Shown here one piece after another: positions 28,568-37,729 of a DNA stretch of 64,000 bases. The DNA lies in the NCBI GenBank assembly GCA_000146465.1, contig CP001950.1; one strand, 5' to 3'. Position 1 is the stretch's first letter, and each line of letters starts with the position of its first letter. The translations under genes and the position numbers were made by a program. The notes under the pieces were generated by a model. The model made no database searches and was not told where the DNA came from. It saw nothing but the letters and a program-made list of their open reading frames with translations.

Positions 28568-30010
28568 TTGGAAGGGGTTTTATCTGTGAGTAAACAACCA
28601 ATACAAATGGAAAGGCAGAGATTTACAAACCTGCTGAAGGATGGAGAGAGAGGGATTCCTCCGGAGTACAGCATGAGCTTGGGGAAACACTCTGTGACTG
28701 TGCGGAACCTAAAGAAAAAGTATCTTATAAACAAGATTACATTGCTAGACATCTACAACTACTACAGAACCCCGTTATCGGTATACACATCACAGAAGAT
28801 CAGGAACATGTTCGTAACGGCATCTCTGTGTCTTACTGTGTATCTGGCATCGAACATAGATTCAATCAGAAGCAACAAGATTCCGAGGCTTGGAGTAAAC
28901 TTCTCGTCTGCAGCCCTGGTTATTGGCGGGGTGTTTGTTGGCAGGGAGGCGATTTCGTATGCGATCAACTTCAGGAAGATGGTGTCTATATTCTACATGT
29001 ACAGATACATTCTGGAGAGAGACATGGAGGAGATCCGGTTCAAGGATGTTGTGTCGGGGATGATCAAGCTGGAAAGAGAGGTGCACAACAGAGACCTGGA
29101 GGAGAAGGATGTGCGGGACATTGTGAACCATAACAGGCTACTCCTTCTGTTGATGATGAGGAAGTTTCCTTCGATATTCCGGCCGGCATGTTCCAGGTTC
29201 CTGCTGCACATCCTCCATGGCTACATCCACAGAATAGAAGAGGGCCCTGTGGAAGAGCTGGGAGACGAGATCCGGGTGGTTTCGATTGGAATCTTCATAT
29301 TGTCCCCGGCGATTTCGATCTTCTTTATTCTGTACTACATTGCAAAGATCATAGAAAAGTCCCAGAGCAATATGTTCTATGTGTTCAAGAAGTCCCACAG
29401 GCCGTGGTTCAAGTACATGATGGCCAAAAGAAACGAGTATCCACACGAAACACACAGGAAGATACAGAAGGGAGCTGGATATCTAAACGGATTTTTTCTT
29501 TCAAGAAAGAGAGACTGCATCCCAAGGGTCTGCTCTGGGATCTCGTTTCTTCTGAGCTGTCTTGTGTTTCTGGTTGGATATCTTATTCTGAGCATCTTGG
29601 TTGCATCCAAGCCAAACCTGAGCCAGAGCCTTTCCCAGGATATAACTGTCTTTGGGAGGACAACAAACATAGTGTATCTCTCGTACCTCATGGGGGGAAT
29701 ATCCTGCTGCCTGAGATGTCTCAGCATCGAGTATGGGGTTTCGAACCGTCGAAAGATGTTTGCCAAGTGGTGTGTGCTGATGGAGCAGACGGAGGTGCTG
29801 AAGTACTGTGGAAGGCGGGGATCCCTTGAGGCGATTATGTCGAAGATCTTTGTTCCGCGTATATATTTATTTCTTGTAGAGATAGTGTCTCCATTTATTG
29901 TTCCTTTCCAGTTGGAAGGAATGAGAAGGAGGTTGGAGAGGATCCGGCAGGAGTTTGAATCTGTGGGGGAGGGGGAGTACGACAGGCGGGTCTCGATCCT
30001 TGATCTATGA
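28568..30010 (+). CDS. polytopic membrane protein, weakly Atg9-like
   Basis: LLDIYNYYRTPLSVYTSQKIRNMFVTASLCLTVYL resembles the Atg9 core LDxFLxxVYxYYxGxG...L; then FKDVVSGMIKLEREVHNRDLEEKDVRDIVNHNRLL (compare Atg9 W.EV..RI..LQ......LDAHDIANRIMRKENY). Multiple TM helices. The assignment is tentative. Confidence 0.4.
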   Translation: MEGVLSVSKQPIQMERQRFTNLLKDGERGIPPEYSMSLGKHSVTVRNLKKKYLINKITLLDIYNYYRTPLSVYTSQKIRNMFVTASLCLTVYLASNIDSIRSNKIPRLGVNFSSAALVIGGVFVGREAISYAINFRKMVSIFYMYRYILERDMEEIRFKDVVSGMIKLEREVHNRDLEEKDVRDIVNHNRLLLLLMMRKFPSIFRPACSRFLLHILHGYIHRIEEGPVEELGDEIRVVSIGIFILSPAISIFFILYYIAKIIEKSQSNMFYVFKKSHRPWFKYMMAKRNEYPHETHRKIQKGAGYLNGFFLSRKRDCIPRVCSGISFLLSCLVFLVGYLILSILVASKPNLSQSLSQDITVFGRTTNIVYLSYLMGGISCCLRCLSIEYGVSNRRKMFAKWCVLMEQTEVLKYCGRRGSLEAIMSKIFVPRIYLFLVEIVSPFIVPFQLEGMRRRLERIRQEFESVGEGEYDRRVSILDL

Positions 30011-30037
30011 CGGGAGGAAACACGGCATGGATCATAT

Positions 30038-31171
30038 TCACAGATTGATTTCTTTGTGGGGTTCCAGAACACCCAGGTCTCGGAGCTTGTCGCTCACCAC
30101 AGATGCCTTGACAACATACTTACTTCCAAATCTTCTTACAAGCTCTCCGAGATCTTTACAGCGAAGAAGCTCTTTTTCAAGTTCCCCCAAAAGCTCTTCG
30201 GGAAATACTTCGCGCTCTACTAGTGGAAGAGAAATCCAGGAGGAGCAGAATGACGGAAATATAGTAAACTTACAGGAAGGAAATCCAAGACATGGCTTCC
30301 GACATGTTCTAGATGGCTCCATCCTTTCCGAATCCAACTCTATCCATTCACAACTACTTTCTTCCTCCGAAGATTCCTCTTCTGTGCTTTCAATAACTTC
30401 TGCATCCTCGCAATCTTCCCAATCAGAATCTTCCTCGTAGTCTAAAACTTGTGGAAGCCTTGTAAGGCTGTTTTTCACATAATGTTTCTGTCCTCCAAAT
30501 CCATAGAGAGGTGGCCTAAGCTGGTTGGAAAATTTGATGAAGGATAATCTTCTTGGATCTTGAATGTCTTTTCTTATGCGTATTGTGGAACTGAGAGGAC
30601 TCGAAGGCATGCTGACTGCTGTCTCCTTGTCGAAGCATATTGGGGAAAATAGTCCAAGCATATCCGCCGAAGGCTTCTTTATGCCTTCTACCTGAATAAA
30701 TCTCAGCATACCAGAAGTGTTTGCTTCTTCTTTTTCTGTATCTCTCTCCAAGCCAGAAATCCCTTTATCTTTAGCTTTTTTCTTTCTCGCTCTCTTCAAT
30801 AGGCTTCGAACACCTTTAGAGATTCCATCAAGGCTCTTAAGAAAGTATATATTTCCCTCTCCACTTACTTCCACATCGAAATTGGACTCAACAGCCTTCT
30901 TCAGACTATTTACTCTGTCTTTTCTCCTCTTCGACGTTTTTTTATACGAATATAGGATTTTGTCCATCCAATAGTAGTCCACCTTCTGCTTCCCTTCTAC
31001 TAGGAGAGCTATAAGATCTAGAGGAACCTCTTCTTCTCGTCCTCTCTTCCACTCATGCAGAATCTTTAGCACTTCCGGATGGAATAAAACATCCGTAATC
31101 ATAAAAAGGATAAGAATAAAACAATATAAAGATATTGGGAAGATACAATGGCAATATGTTCTTTCTACCAA
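30038..31171 (-). CDS. chromatin assembly factor 1 large subunit (CAF-1 p150/Cac1-like)
   Basis: RPPLYGFGGQKHYVKNSLTRLPQVLDYEEDSDWEDCEDAEVIESTEEESSEEESS matches the CAF-1 p150 block RPAYYGTWRKRSK...LLDYEVDSDEEWEEEEPGESL (ED domain). A K/R-rich KER-like segment lies upstream. The true start may be the internal Met (31102). Confidence 0.55.
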   Translation of the reverse strand: MVERTYCHCIFPISLYCFILILFMITDVLFHPEVLKILHEWKRGREEEVPLDLIALLVEGKQKVDYYWMDKILYSYKKTSKRRKDRVNSLKKAVESNFDVEVSGEGNIYFLKSLDGISKGVRSLLKRARKKKAKDKGISGLERDTEKEEANTSGMLRFIQVEGIKKPSADMLGLFSPICFDKETAVSMPSSPLSSTIRIRKDIQDPRRLSFIKFSNQLRPPLYGFGGQKHYVKNSLTRLPQVLDYEEDSDWEDCEDAEVIESTEEESSEEESSCEWIELDSERMEPSRTCRKPCLGFPSCKFTIFPSFCSSWISLPLVEREVFPEELLGELEKELLRCKDLGELVRRFGSKYVVKASVVSDKLRDLGVLEPHKEINL

Positions 31172-31370
31172 ATACTTCCCATCATACCCACAGTTTCATG
31201 GGGATTATATGAAGGATACCCTGGCTCTTCCCCTTCTTTAGACAAGAATAAGCATCCAACTAAAAGCCCCTCTTCAAGTTCCGGCCCCTTTAAAGCCAAA
31301 CCGCCAAGGATGTTTTTACTAAACAGTTGTCCACTATTCTTATGATTCCCCTTCTAATTGGCCAATTATA

Positions 31371-32239
31371 GTGAGGACTCCCACATACGCTCCAATAGCA
31401 GTGCCCTTAATGAATCATATCAACCGTATCCGAGATATACTCATCAACCTTGATTCACAAAGCTCTCTTCATGAAGAAACAGTTGCAGAATGTGCATTGG
31501 TATATTATTATAATGCTGTAAGTAAGTTTCTGAATGGAATCCTCTTCTATGAGGAGAAGTTAAATGAAGTCTTGGAGTCTTTGAACAACAAGCTCAATTC
31601 ACAGAGTGAAAAGGGAATTAACGCGGTCAAAGAAACTCTGGACACACTTCGTAGGCTTAAGGAGACAATACAACCTAAAATCGAATGTCCTTTTAACCAA
31701 CTTTCTCATCCTCCAGAACTAACAAATATTGAAATCCTCGAGTACAACTTCAAAACTTTTGAAGAGTACTTCAAAGCAATCGATAGAATGGTTTCTTCGG
31801 AAGGACAGATTCCATTTGAAGAGTTCAAGGATGCACTCAGGAATGTCTTGCCATATGTCGATTATCCACTGACCCACAGTACAGGATCCCATTCTATTGT
31901 TCTCAAAAACGTATTTCTTCAACTCTTGGGGGAGTATAATGTCTCTGCTGTATTTGAAAATACCTGTCTCAATAAGTATTATGAAAACTTAAGAATAATA
32001 GGAAGAAAAGTTCTCCAGAAGCATTTTGAATCTCTCATAAAAAGTCTTGTCTCAGAAAACTGGAAAAACGAAATAGAAAAGGAACTAAGTGCTTTGGAAA
32101 GGGAGGTATCCCTGGCGTATAAACATCAAAGGAAAAGAATAGAACAAGGAATCCAAGATGCTCGAGCTGTCTTAAACTCCCTTTCTCAGGATGTAACCGA
32201 ACTTCAGGATGAATATGAGAGAATTTTTGGCCTTCTTAT
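31371..32239 (+). CDS. lineage-specific family protein B (paralog of 22060..23571), 3' end lost in assembly gap
   Basis: The N-terminal helical region is collinear with family member A. The ORF runs into the N-run at 32240. Confidence 0.45.
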
Positions 32240-32339
32240 NNNNNNNNNNNNNNNNNNNNNNNNNNNNNNNNNNNNNNNNNNNNNNNNNNNNNNNNNNNNN
32301 NNNNNNNNNNNNNNNNNNNNNNNNNNNNNNNNNNNNNNN
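32240..32339. other. assembly gap (100 N)
   Basis: Run of exactly 100 n characters. Confidence 0.99.
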
Positions 32340-32408
32340 CAGGTCTCGGAGCTTGTCACTCACCACAGATGCCTTAACAATATACTTGTAGGATATGTAT
32401 TTCTTCAT
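32340..32408 (-). pseudogene. duplicated 3'-terminal fragment of the CAF-1-like gene (copy of 30074..30121)
   Basis: 32340..32387 matches 30074..30121 at 45 of 48 nt. It encodes ...KYIVKASVVSDKLRDL, identical to the C-terminus ...KYVVKASVVSDKLRDL of 30038..31171, then diverges. Confidence 0.5.
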
Positions 32409-32654
32409 AGAATATTGGAATAGTATGCATTGGAAAGGGTGGAGTAGCTTGCATCTAAGAGGACATCCTCGAAGTCCTGAGTGTAGTATTCTTGATTATT
32501 AAATATAATTAAAAACTATGCATTGGAAGTATTGGAGGTTAATTATCCTTTTTTACTTGAGTGTTGCAAAGATATGCGATTATCAGGACTACACTATGGA
32601 TCCAACAAGGAGGCCTTTCCCTTGTATGGATTCTGAAGAATCCCAGAGAGATCA

Positions 32655-33188
32655 TTATTCTTTTTTAGATTGACTTTCTAAGAACCTGTTCTGCACTTCC
32701 ACCACTTCAGCACTTGACGTGCACTTGGAGTACTCCTCAAGAAGATCTTCATTTAACTTGTAGAATTCATTTCCATAATTAAATTCGTTAAGAATCTCAT
32801 AGGCTTCCTCTTTGAAGCCACAGATATACAGCGAAGCACTCAGTGCCTCGGCACAGTTCAGCTTAAAAGGCTTGCCATAGTTTACCGGGTTTGCTGCAAC
32901 CATAAACGGAAGAAGCCTGTTGTGCTTCCTTGGAAGCCTTTTAAAGTCCACAGAGTCTAACTGTGCCCATGAACAGTCTATAAGCCCTATTCCAAATCTT
33001 TCTATGACGTCTCTGTCTGCAGGAGAGATAGACTGATCTGCATCTGGAGAAAGAACCACTCCTTTGAAGTTTTTATTCTTTTTTATTGGCTCAATCTTGT
33101 TCTGTTTGATAAGTTTCTTCCCAGAACACTTTTTTGGATCGCACTGCTCAAACTCGTAGATTATCTTCCTCATCCCAGGACTACCCAA
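32655..33188 (-). CDS. TSR3: TSR3, 18S rRNA aminocarboxypropyltransferase (DUF367)
   Basis: FEQCDPKKCSGKKL, GVVLSPDADQSISPADRDVIERFGIGLIDCSWAQLD, RLLPFMVAANPVNYGKPFKLNCAEAL are all Tsr3 hallmark blocks. Confidence 0.85.
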   Translation of the reverse strand: MGSPGMRKIIYEFEQCDPKKCSGKKLIKQNKIEPIKKNKNFKGVVLSPDADQSISPADRDVIERFGIGLIDCSWAQLDSVDFKRLPRKHNRLLPFMVAANPVNYGKPFKLNCAEALSASLYICGFKEEAYEILNEFNYGNEFYKLNEDLLEEYSKCTSSAEVVEVQNRFLESQSKKE

Positions 33189-33204
33189 TTATAAAGACTT
33201 TATT

Positions 33205-34404
33205 CTATGCAGAAGAGACAGAAAGGTTCTTGCTATCCCTTTCCATACTTTCGTCAGGCTCCAGAATCCCCTCAACCATTTTTCTGAAGTTCTCGTACCC
33301 TATCTTGTAGATATTTCCCTTCTCTTGGTAAAAAGATGGCTCTCCCCCAACAGCAACCACCCTTGCATCCTCCTTTCTCTGTATTTCTTTGTACACATCA
33401 AACGAAACATCCTTCGTCGAAACCACCGTTCTTATGTCGAAACTCGAATATTCAAAGAAAAGAAGCTCGGCAAGAATCTGAGGAAGAGGACGGGCAGAGA
33501 CAAAGTAGACTGTCTGCTTTGTTCTATGGAGCTTCACAACAGAGTCGTATAGACGTGTTATTCGGCTTTTAAGTAGCCTATCTACACTGTAGAAAAGAGG
33601 CGTGCATGTAAACTTGAACCTTTCTGAGCTGTTAAATATCCTTTCAAACCGATGGTATTTGTCCCTCTTCAAGTTCCGAAGTGTAGTTGCTTCATGGCCT
33701 TCTCCTCCGTCTTCCTCACCCAAGCTCCCGAGGGTGATGATTCTAGAGCAACTGTTGTCGATGCAAAATAGAATGTCTCTGATCTCGGAGATTCTTCTTG
33801 ATGTCTCTTCCTTTGCCTGGCATCTTAGCCCTCCAATTCCAAATATGGGATCAAGATCAATCACAAATACACTTCGGACACTAGTCAACCCATCCTTGAT
33901 TTCGCACACCTCTTTGGTGGTTATTTCAGGGAGCTCAATTAGAAGTGACTTTATCTCTTCTTTTGTGTCGCTTGCTTTGTTGAATTCCCTCTTGATCATC
34001 TTGTCTCTTCTTCTGTCTGCTTCAATCTTAGATATTATAAATGAGTTTTCCGTATCTTCAAACATCTTCTCGTAATTTTTCATGCATTGGAAGTGCTTCT
34101 TCACATCCTCAAATTTCTCCCTCCTAATCAGGCCCATCTTATAGAGGTAGTAATATGTTGAGTACACATATTGATTGATGTTCTTCCTGTCCTCAATGGA
34201 GGGAACGAGTTCATCTGCAGGTGCCTCTACAGCTTCAATCAACCTTACTATAGCAGTGTTCCTTTTTGTCCCAAGTAAGCTTCGGACTTGGTCCCTTAGA
34301 GGCTGCTGGATCATCTTCGTTCTTATCTGCTCCTTGTTGTCATTTACAAATGCTTTGTCCTTGCATCTTTCCAAGAGATCCGAAATGTCCATTCCCTTTT
34401 CCAT
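33205..34404 (-). CDS. hypothetical protein (possible PIN/NYN-like nuclease fold; weak)
   Basis: 399-aa ORF. VRSVFVIDLDPIFGIGG and a later acidic cluster hint at a PIN/NYN-type fold; this is not secure. Confidence 0.35.
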   Translation of the reverse strand: MEKGMDISDLLERCKDKAFVNDNKEQIRTKMIQQPLRDQVRSLLGTKRNTAIVRLIEAVEAPADELVPSIEDRKNINQYVYSTYYYLYKMGLIRREKFEDVKKHFQCMKNYEKMFEDTENSFIISKIEADRRRDKMIKREFNKASDTKEEIKSLLIELPEITTKEVCEIKDGLTSVRSVFVIDLDPIFGIGGLRCQAKEETSRRISEIRDILFCIDNSCSRIITLGSLGEEDGGEGHEATTLRNLKRDKYHRFERIFNSSERFKFTCTPLFYSVDRLLKSRITRLYDSVVKLHRTKQTVYFVSARPLPQILAELLFFEYSSFDIRTVVSTKDVSFDVYKEIQRKEDARVVAVGGEPSFYQEKGNIYKIGYENFRKMVEGILEPDESMERDSKNLSVSSA

Positions 34405-34467
34405 TCAAAGGGCTTTGTAAATTCCTGCTTTGTTGGTGCCTCTTCCCTCTTCAACCACATCATTCCT

Positions 34468-35100
34468 TCACTTCTCCAGAACAACAAATAGACTCTCCTC
34501 CTCAGGCCCATGGTCTAGAACCTTGAATCCGGAAGATTTGCAGAGCTCCACCAAATCCTCCATGCCATAAAGATGGTAGTATCTCTTGGCATCATCCCTG
34601 AGATTCCATGTTGCAAAATAGTCCTGTTCAGATCCTCCGATGATCTTCGAAAACTTCCTCTTTCCACTTACAGAACTTCCCCACACATATACTAGCATCT
34701 TGCCTCCATCTCTCAGGACCCTTCTCATCTCCTCCATCGCCTTCTTCCTCCTACAATCAGTACTAAGATGATGGATCACCCCGACACTCAGCACAAGATC
34801 AAAGCTACAATCTACAAAGGGAAGCTCCAAAACATCTCCTCGGATCAGCCCATAGTTCTTTACAGCCTTCCCGTCTCTCAAGAGACCCCAGCAGTAATCC
34901 AACCCGACTATTCCCGGCACCAGAAACGATCTTCCGTTTCCACATCCAGCATCAAGCACAATAGAATCGGCTGTCCAGTACCTGTCCAGGAAGGTTTCTG
35001 TCATCTTCCAATGCTTCCTCCTTGTTGCCGAAAACTCCCTCGAGTTTTCATTGTAGAATTTGTGTACAAACTCTCCTTCAAACTCGTTTGGATCTTCCAT
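34468..35100 (-). CDS. TRM9: SAM-dependent methyltransferase, tRNA wobble-uridine methyltransferase TRM9-like
   Basis: VHKFYNENSREFSATRRKHW, IVLDAGCGNGRS (motif I), CSFDLVLSVGVIHHLST, LRDGGKMLVYVWG. Collinear with Trm9/ALKBH8 MTase domains. Confidence 0.7.
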   Translation of the reverse strand: MEDPNEFEGEFVHKFYNENSREFSATRRKHWKMTETFLDRYWTADSIVLDAGCGNGRSFLVPGIVGLDYCWGLLRDGKAVKNYGLIRGDVLELPFVDCSFDLVLSVGVIHHLSTDCRRKKAMEEMRRVLRDGGKMLVYVWGSSVSGKRKFSKIIGGSEQDYFATWNLRDDAKRYYHLYGMEDLVELCKSSGFKVLDHGPEEESLFVVLEK

Positions 35101-35166
35101 AGTATAGGCTCAGAAGTCAATAAATATTTAAAAGACTCAAATACATATTCTTTACTAAGTTCTATG

Positions 35167-36546
35167 CTATTTCAAAAGGCCTTTGGCTGCCCTTCTGATC
35201 TCGGAATCCGAACTGTCGCATAGCCTACAAACAATTTCTTTTATGCCCTCGTCCATTTCCTGCGCATCTATTCTTTCCAGTGTGCACAACTTCACATTTT
35301 CAATCGGGTCCGACAACAGCTTCTTCCCAAACCCCGTTCCGTGGGCCTTATCAAAGGAGAGTGCTGCCTCCACCGAAGTTATCCTATACAGATAGGACTT
35401 TGATGAGGAGATGGCTTCTATCTCGGGGAGCCATTCAACCGTCCAGGGATATATCGAAACTAACTCCCCAATTACCTTGGAAGCCTCTGCCCTTACCTCA
35501 TACACCTTGTCCTTAAGATAGCCAAGAAGATGCCTTCCCAAAAACTCCTTGAGAAGCTTTTCATCCTGCTTCGAGGCACATGAAATAGACTCGAGGATCT
35601 CCTTTCTTGTCCTCCAATTAGGTGTGGAGTTGAGGGTGTTTATAAGAGGGATGACAATGCTTTTGTATGTATCCACCCTCTGGACACACAGAAGAGCCTT
35701 TTTAACTTCCCAACTTGTATCCGTGATAACATCCTTTAGCATCTCTTGAAACTCCTCTCTGTTTCCTATCATCTGGATGATCAGGGCCCGGACTCCAGGA
35801 CTACTGTCTTTCAGAAACAACGGAACAAGCCTGTCCCAACCTTCAACGTGCTCCATGTTTCCTGCAAGACATATTCTAATCTCCTCCTCAGGATCCTGGG
35901 ACAGATGTGAATACACAGCAGCTCGGTCGCTTACATTGAGCCTGCGAATCTCCTTAGCAATTGCATACCTTCTCCTCCAGGATTTCGATGTGCATATCTC
36001 AGATACAAACTTTGTCTGTCTCTTTATAAGGGGAATCACACAAGAACTTGCACACTGAATCCATTCCGAGTAGGAGCCATGCAGATCGTTCACAATCTCT
36101 ACAAGCTCGTCGTCATCAAATGGAATCGTCTTGTATTCCTCTAGCGATAACGCTGCTTTTCTAGCTACTGCTGCAACAGGATCCTTCAAGCATCTTCTCA
36201 AAGCCTCCTTTGCCTCCTTGTACTCCATGTTCACAATCAAGGATGGAATAGCTTGTCTTTGTACATAAAATGGTGATTTAAGAAGCTTCTTGATGAATCT
36301 GTCCACCTCGTCTGGAAAAGATTCAAATATCCTTCGAATAACAGGTACAATCCTTTCGGGCTCCTCAATAAGAAGAAGCTCACAAATGATTAGATGTCCT
36401 TTGTCCGGAGCAAGAGCAGCAAGATACTCGACTAACAACTCGTTGAGCTTTGGATCAACCCCAACAAGTAACTCTAGCTTTTCTACAGATAGATGCATCC
36501 GGCCCCTCAACTTTTCCACAAGGTTCGACACTTCGTTGTCAATCAT
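35167..36546 (-). CDS. HEAT-repeat protein, PP2A scaffold (A/PR65) subunit-like
   Basis: Repeated xWRxRxA HEAT units (SWRRRYAIAKEIRRL, SWEVKKALLCVQRV, NWRTRKEILESIS, PGVRALIIQMIGN) typical of the PP2A A subunit. Confidence 0.45.
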   Translation of the reverse strand: MIDNEVSNLVEKLRGRMHLSVEKLELLVGVDPKLNELLVEYLAALAPDKGHLIICELLLIEEPERIVPVIRRIFESFPDEVDRFIKKLLKSPFYVQRQAIPSLIVNMEYKEAKEALRRCLKDPVAAVARKAALSLEEYKTIPFDDDELVEIVNDLHGSYSEWIQCASSCVIPLIKRQTKFVSEICTSKSWRRRYAIAKEIRRLNVSDRAAVYSHLSQDPEEEIRICLAGNMEHVEGWDRLVPLFLKDSSPGVRALIIQMIGNREEFQEMLKDVITDTSWEVKKALLCVQRVDTYKSIVIPLINTLNSTPNWRTRKEILESISCASKQDEKLLKEFLGRHLLGYLKDKVYEVRAEASKVIGELVSIYPWTVEWLPEIEAISSSKSYLYRITSVEAALSFDKAHGTGFGKKLLSDPIENVKLCTLERIDAQEMDEGIKEIVCRLCDSSDSEIRRAAKGLLK

Positions 36547-36662
36547 TTCAAAGGGTTTTGAAACAGGAGAATTTCAGGTTGGAGTTATAGGACGGAATCC
36601 TATTCCATTTTCTTTTGTGCCATCTATCCTACTCCTTAGTTTGGAATAATTTTATCCATAGC

Positions 36663-37505
36663 ATGAAGTACAAAATAACATCGAAGAGACTTGATGAGAA
36701 GATCCTGGCAGTTCATGTGAACGGGGCTGTTTACACAGGCGGAACATCTAGGACATTGGTCAACCAGGATACTGGAGAAGTGATGTGCCGGTGCCGGAAG
36801 TCGATAAGATCAATAGCAAGCCATGGAAGGTACATATGCTGTGCAAGCTATGATTGCACTGCAGTGCTGTTCCACGACGGGAAGGTTGTAGATGTCATCG
36901 AGGGCCCAGACACAGAGATCAAATGTGTTGGATTTTCCGAGGATGGACGGTATCTAGCCATGGCTACACGAGGAAAGTCGGTGTGGGTGGTGAAGATAGA
37001 CCCCGAGATAGAAATCGACGAGATTATAGAGGATCATCTTCATGATGTAAAGGGTTGTGTGTTCCATAAGGGATTTCTATTTACATATGGATACGACAAC
37101 ACAATAAAGATCTACGAAAGGTTTGACTACGATGACTCCTGGGAACTTGTGCAGTCGATCAGTGAGAAAAATACAGTATGGTGTGTTATATTTCACGGGG
37201 ATAAAATGGTATGTTCCACCGAGGAAGGGACGATCAGCTCGTATGTGCTGAGAAATGGGTGGGAGCTCGAGGCATGCAAGAAGTTGTCGATATTTCCTAT
37301 CTATTCGATTTGTAGTGTTGGGAGGGATATGGCATACGTTTTGAACAGAAACAACATCGGGATTATCGACAGTAACCTGAACCTTACCACGACTATTGAG
37401 GATATACATGAAGACTTCATAAATGGAATTGCATATGATGAAGGACGAGGCAGGATAATCAGTGGAGGAGACGATGGGATTCTGAATGTGATCGAGATGT
37501 TTTAG
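36663..37505 (+). CDS. CIA1: cytosolic iron-sulfur assembly protein CIA1/CIAO1 (WD40)
   Basis: EGPDTEIKCVGFSEDGRYLAMATRGKSVWVVKIDPE..E..IEDHLHDVKGCVFH...YDNTIKIYERFDYDDSWELVQSISEKNTVWCVIFHGD matches the CIAO1 pattern EGHENEVK..KSVWVW..H.QDVK..SYDDT.K.Y...DW...GH.STVW. Confidence 0.75.
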   Translation: MKYKITSKRLDEKILAVHVNGAVYTGGTSRTLVNQDTGEVMCRCRKSIRSIASHGRYICCASYDCTAVLFHDGKVVDVIEGPDTEIKCVGFSEDGRYLAMATRGKSVWVVKIDPEIEIDEIIEDHLHDVKGCVFHKGFLFTYGYDNTIKIYERFDYDDSWELVQSISEKNTVWCVIFHGDKMVCSTEEGTISSYVLRNGWELEACKKLSIFPIYSICSVGRDMAYVLNRNNIGIIDSNLNLTTTIEDIHEDFINGIAYDEGRGRIISGGDDGILNVIEMF

Positions 37506-37550
37506 AATCCTTTTTTAAAAAGGCGATAAAATTTTGCCCCTAAAGAAAGG

Positions 37551-37654
37551 ATGCAATTGACAAGGAAGACTAATCAACTGGCTATTCCTGATCTCTCAGG
37601 AAAGGTAACTGTGAAGGATCTACTGGAGGCTTTTTCGAAGTATGAAAAGGAAAT
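37551..37654 (+). CDS. RRM RNA-binding protein, exon 1 (two-RRM protein)
   Basis: ATG at 37551, preceded by ccccTAAAGAAAGG. Encodes MQLTRKTNQLAIPDLSGKVTVKDLLEAFSKYEKE and ends in phase 2 immediately before GTAAGT. Confidence 0.6.
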
Positions 37655-37729
37655 GTAAGTGAAGATAAAGTATCCTTGGTTCGTGAAACTGAGCCATGAT
37701 GAGAACTTTGGGCAGATACTAACTTTTAG
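37655..37729 (+). other. spliceosomal intron (75 nt): 5' GTAAGTG ... TACTAAC (37717..37723) ... TTTTAG 3'
   Basis: GTAAGT at 37655. A perfect yeast-type branch site TACTAAC lies 6 nt upstream of the AG at 37728..37729. The intron contains the in-frame TAA (37656) that otherwise splits the gene. Removal joins at|a to an Ile codon and keeps the RRM reading frame. Confidence 0.65.

Noticed and set aside
34084-34095. Third copy of the 12-mer ATGCATTGGAAG inside the 33205..34404 gene
   Set aside because: Statistically unexpected but isolated and within coding sequence. Only the two intergenic copies at 32425 and 32517 form a convincing direct repeat.
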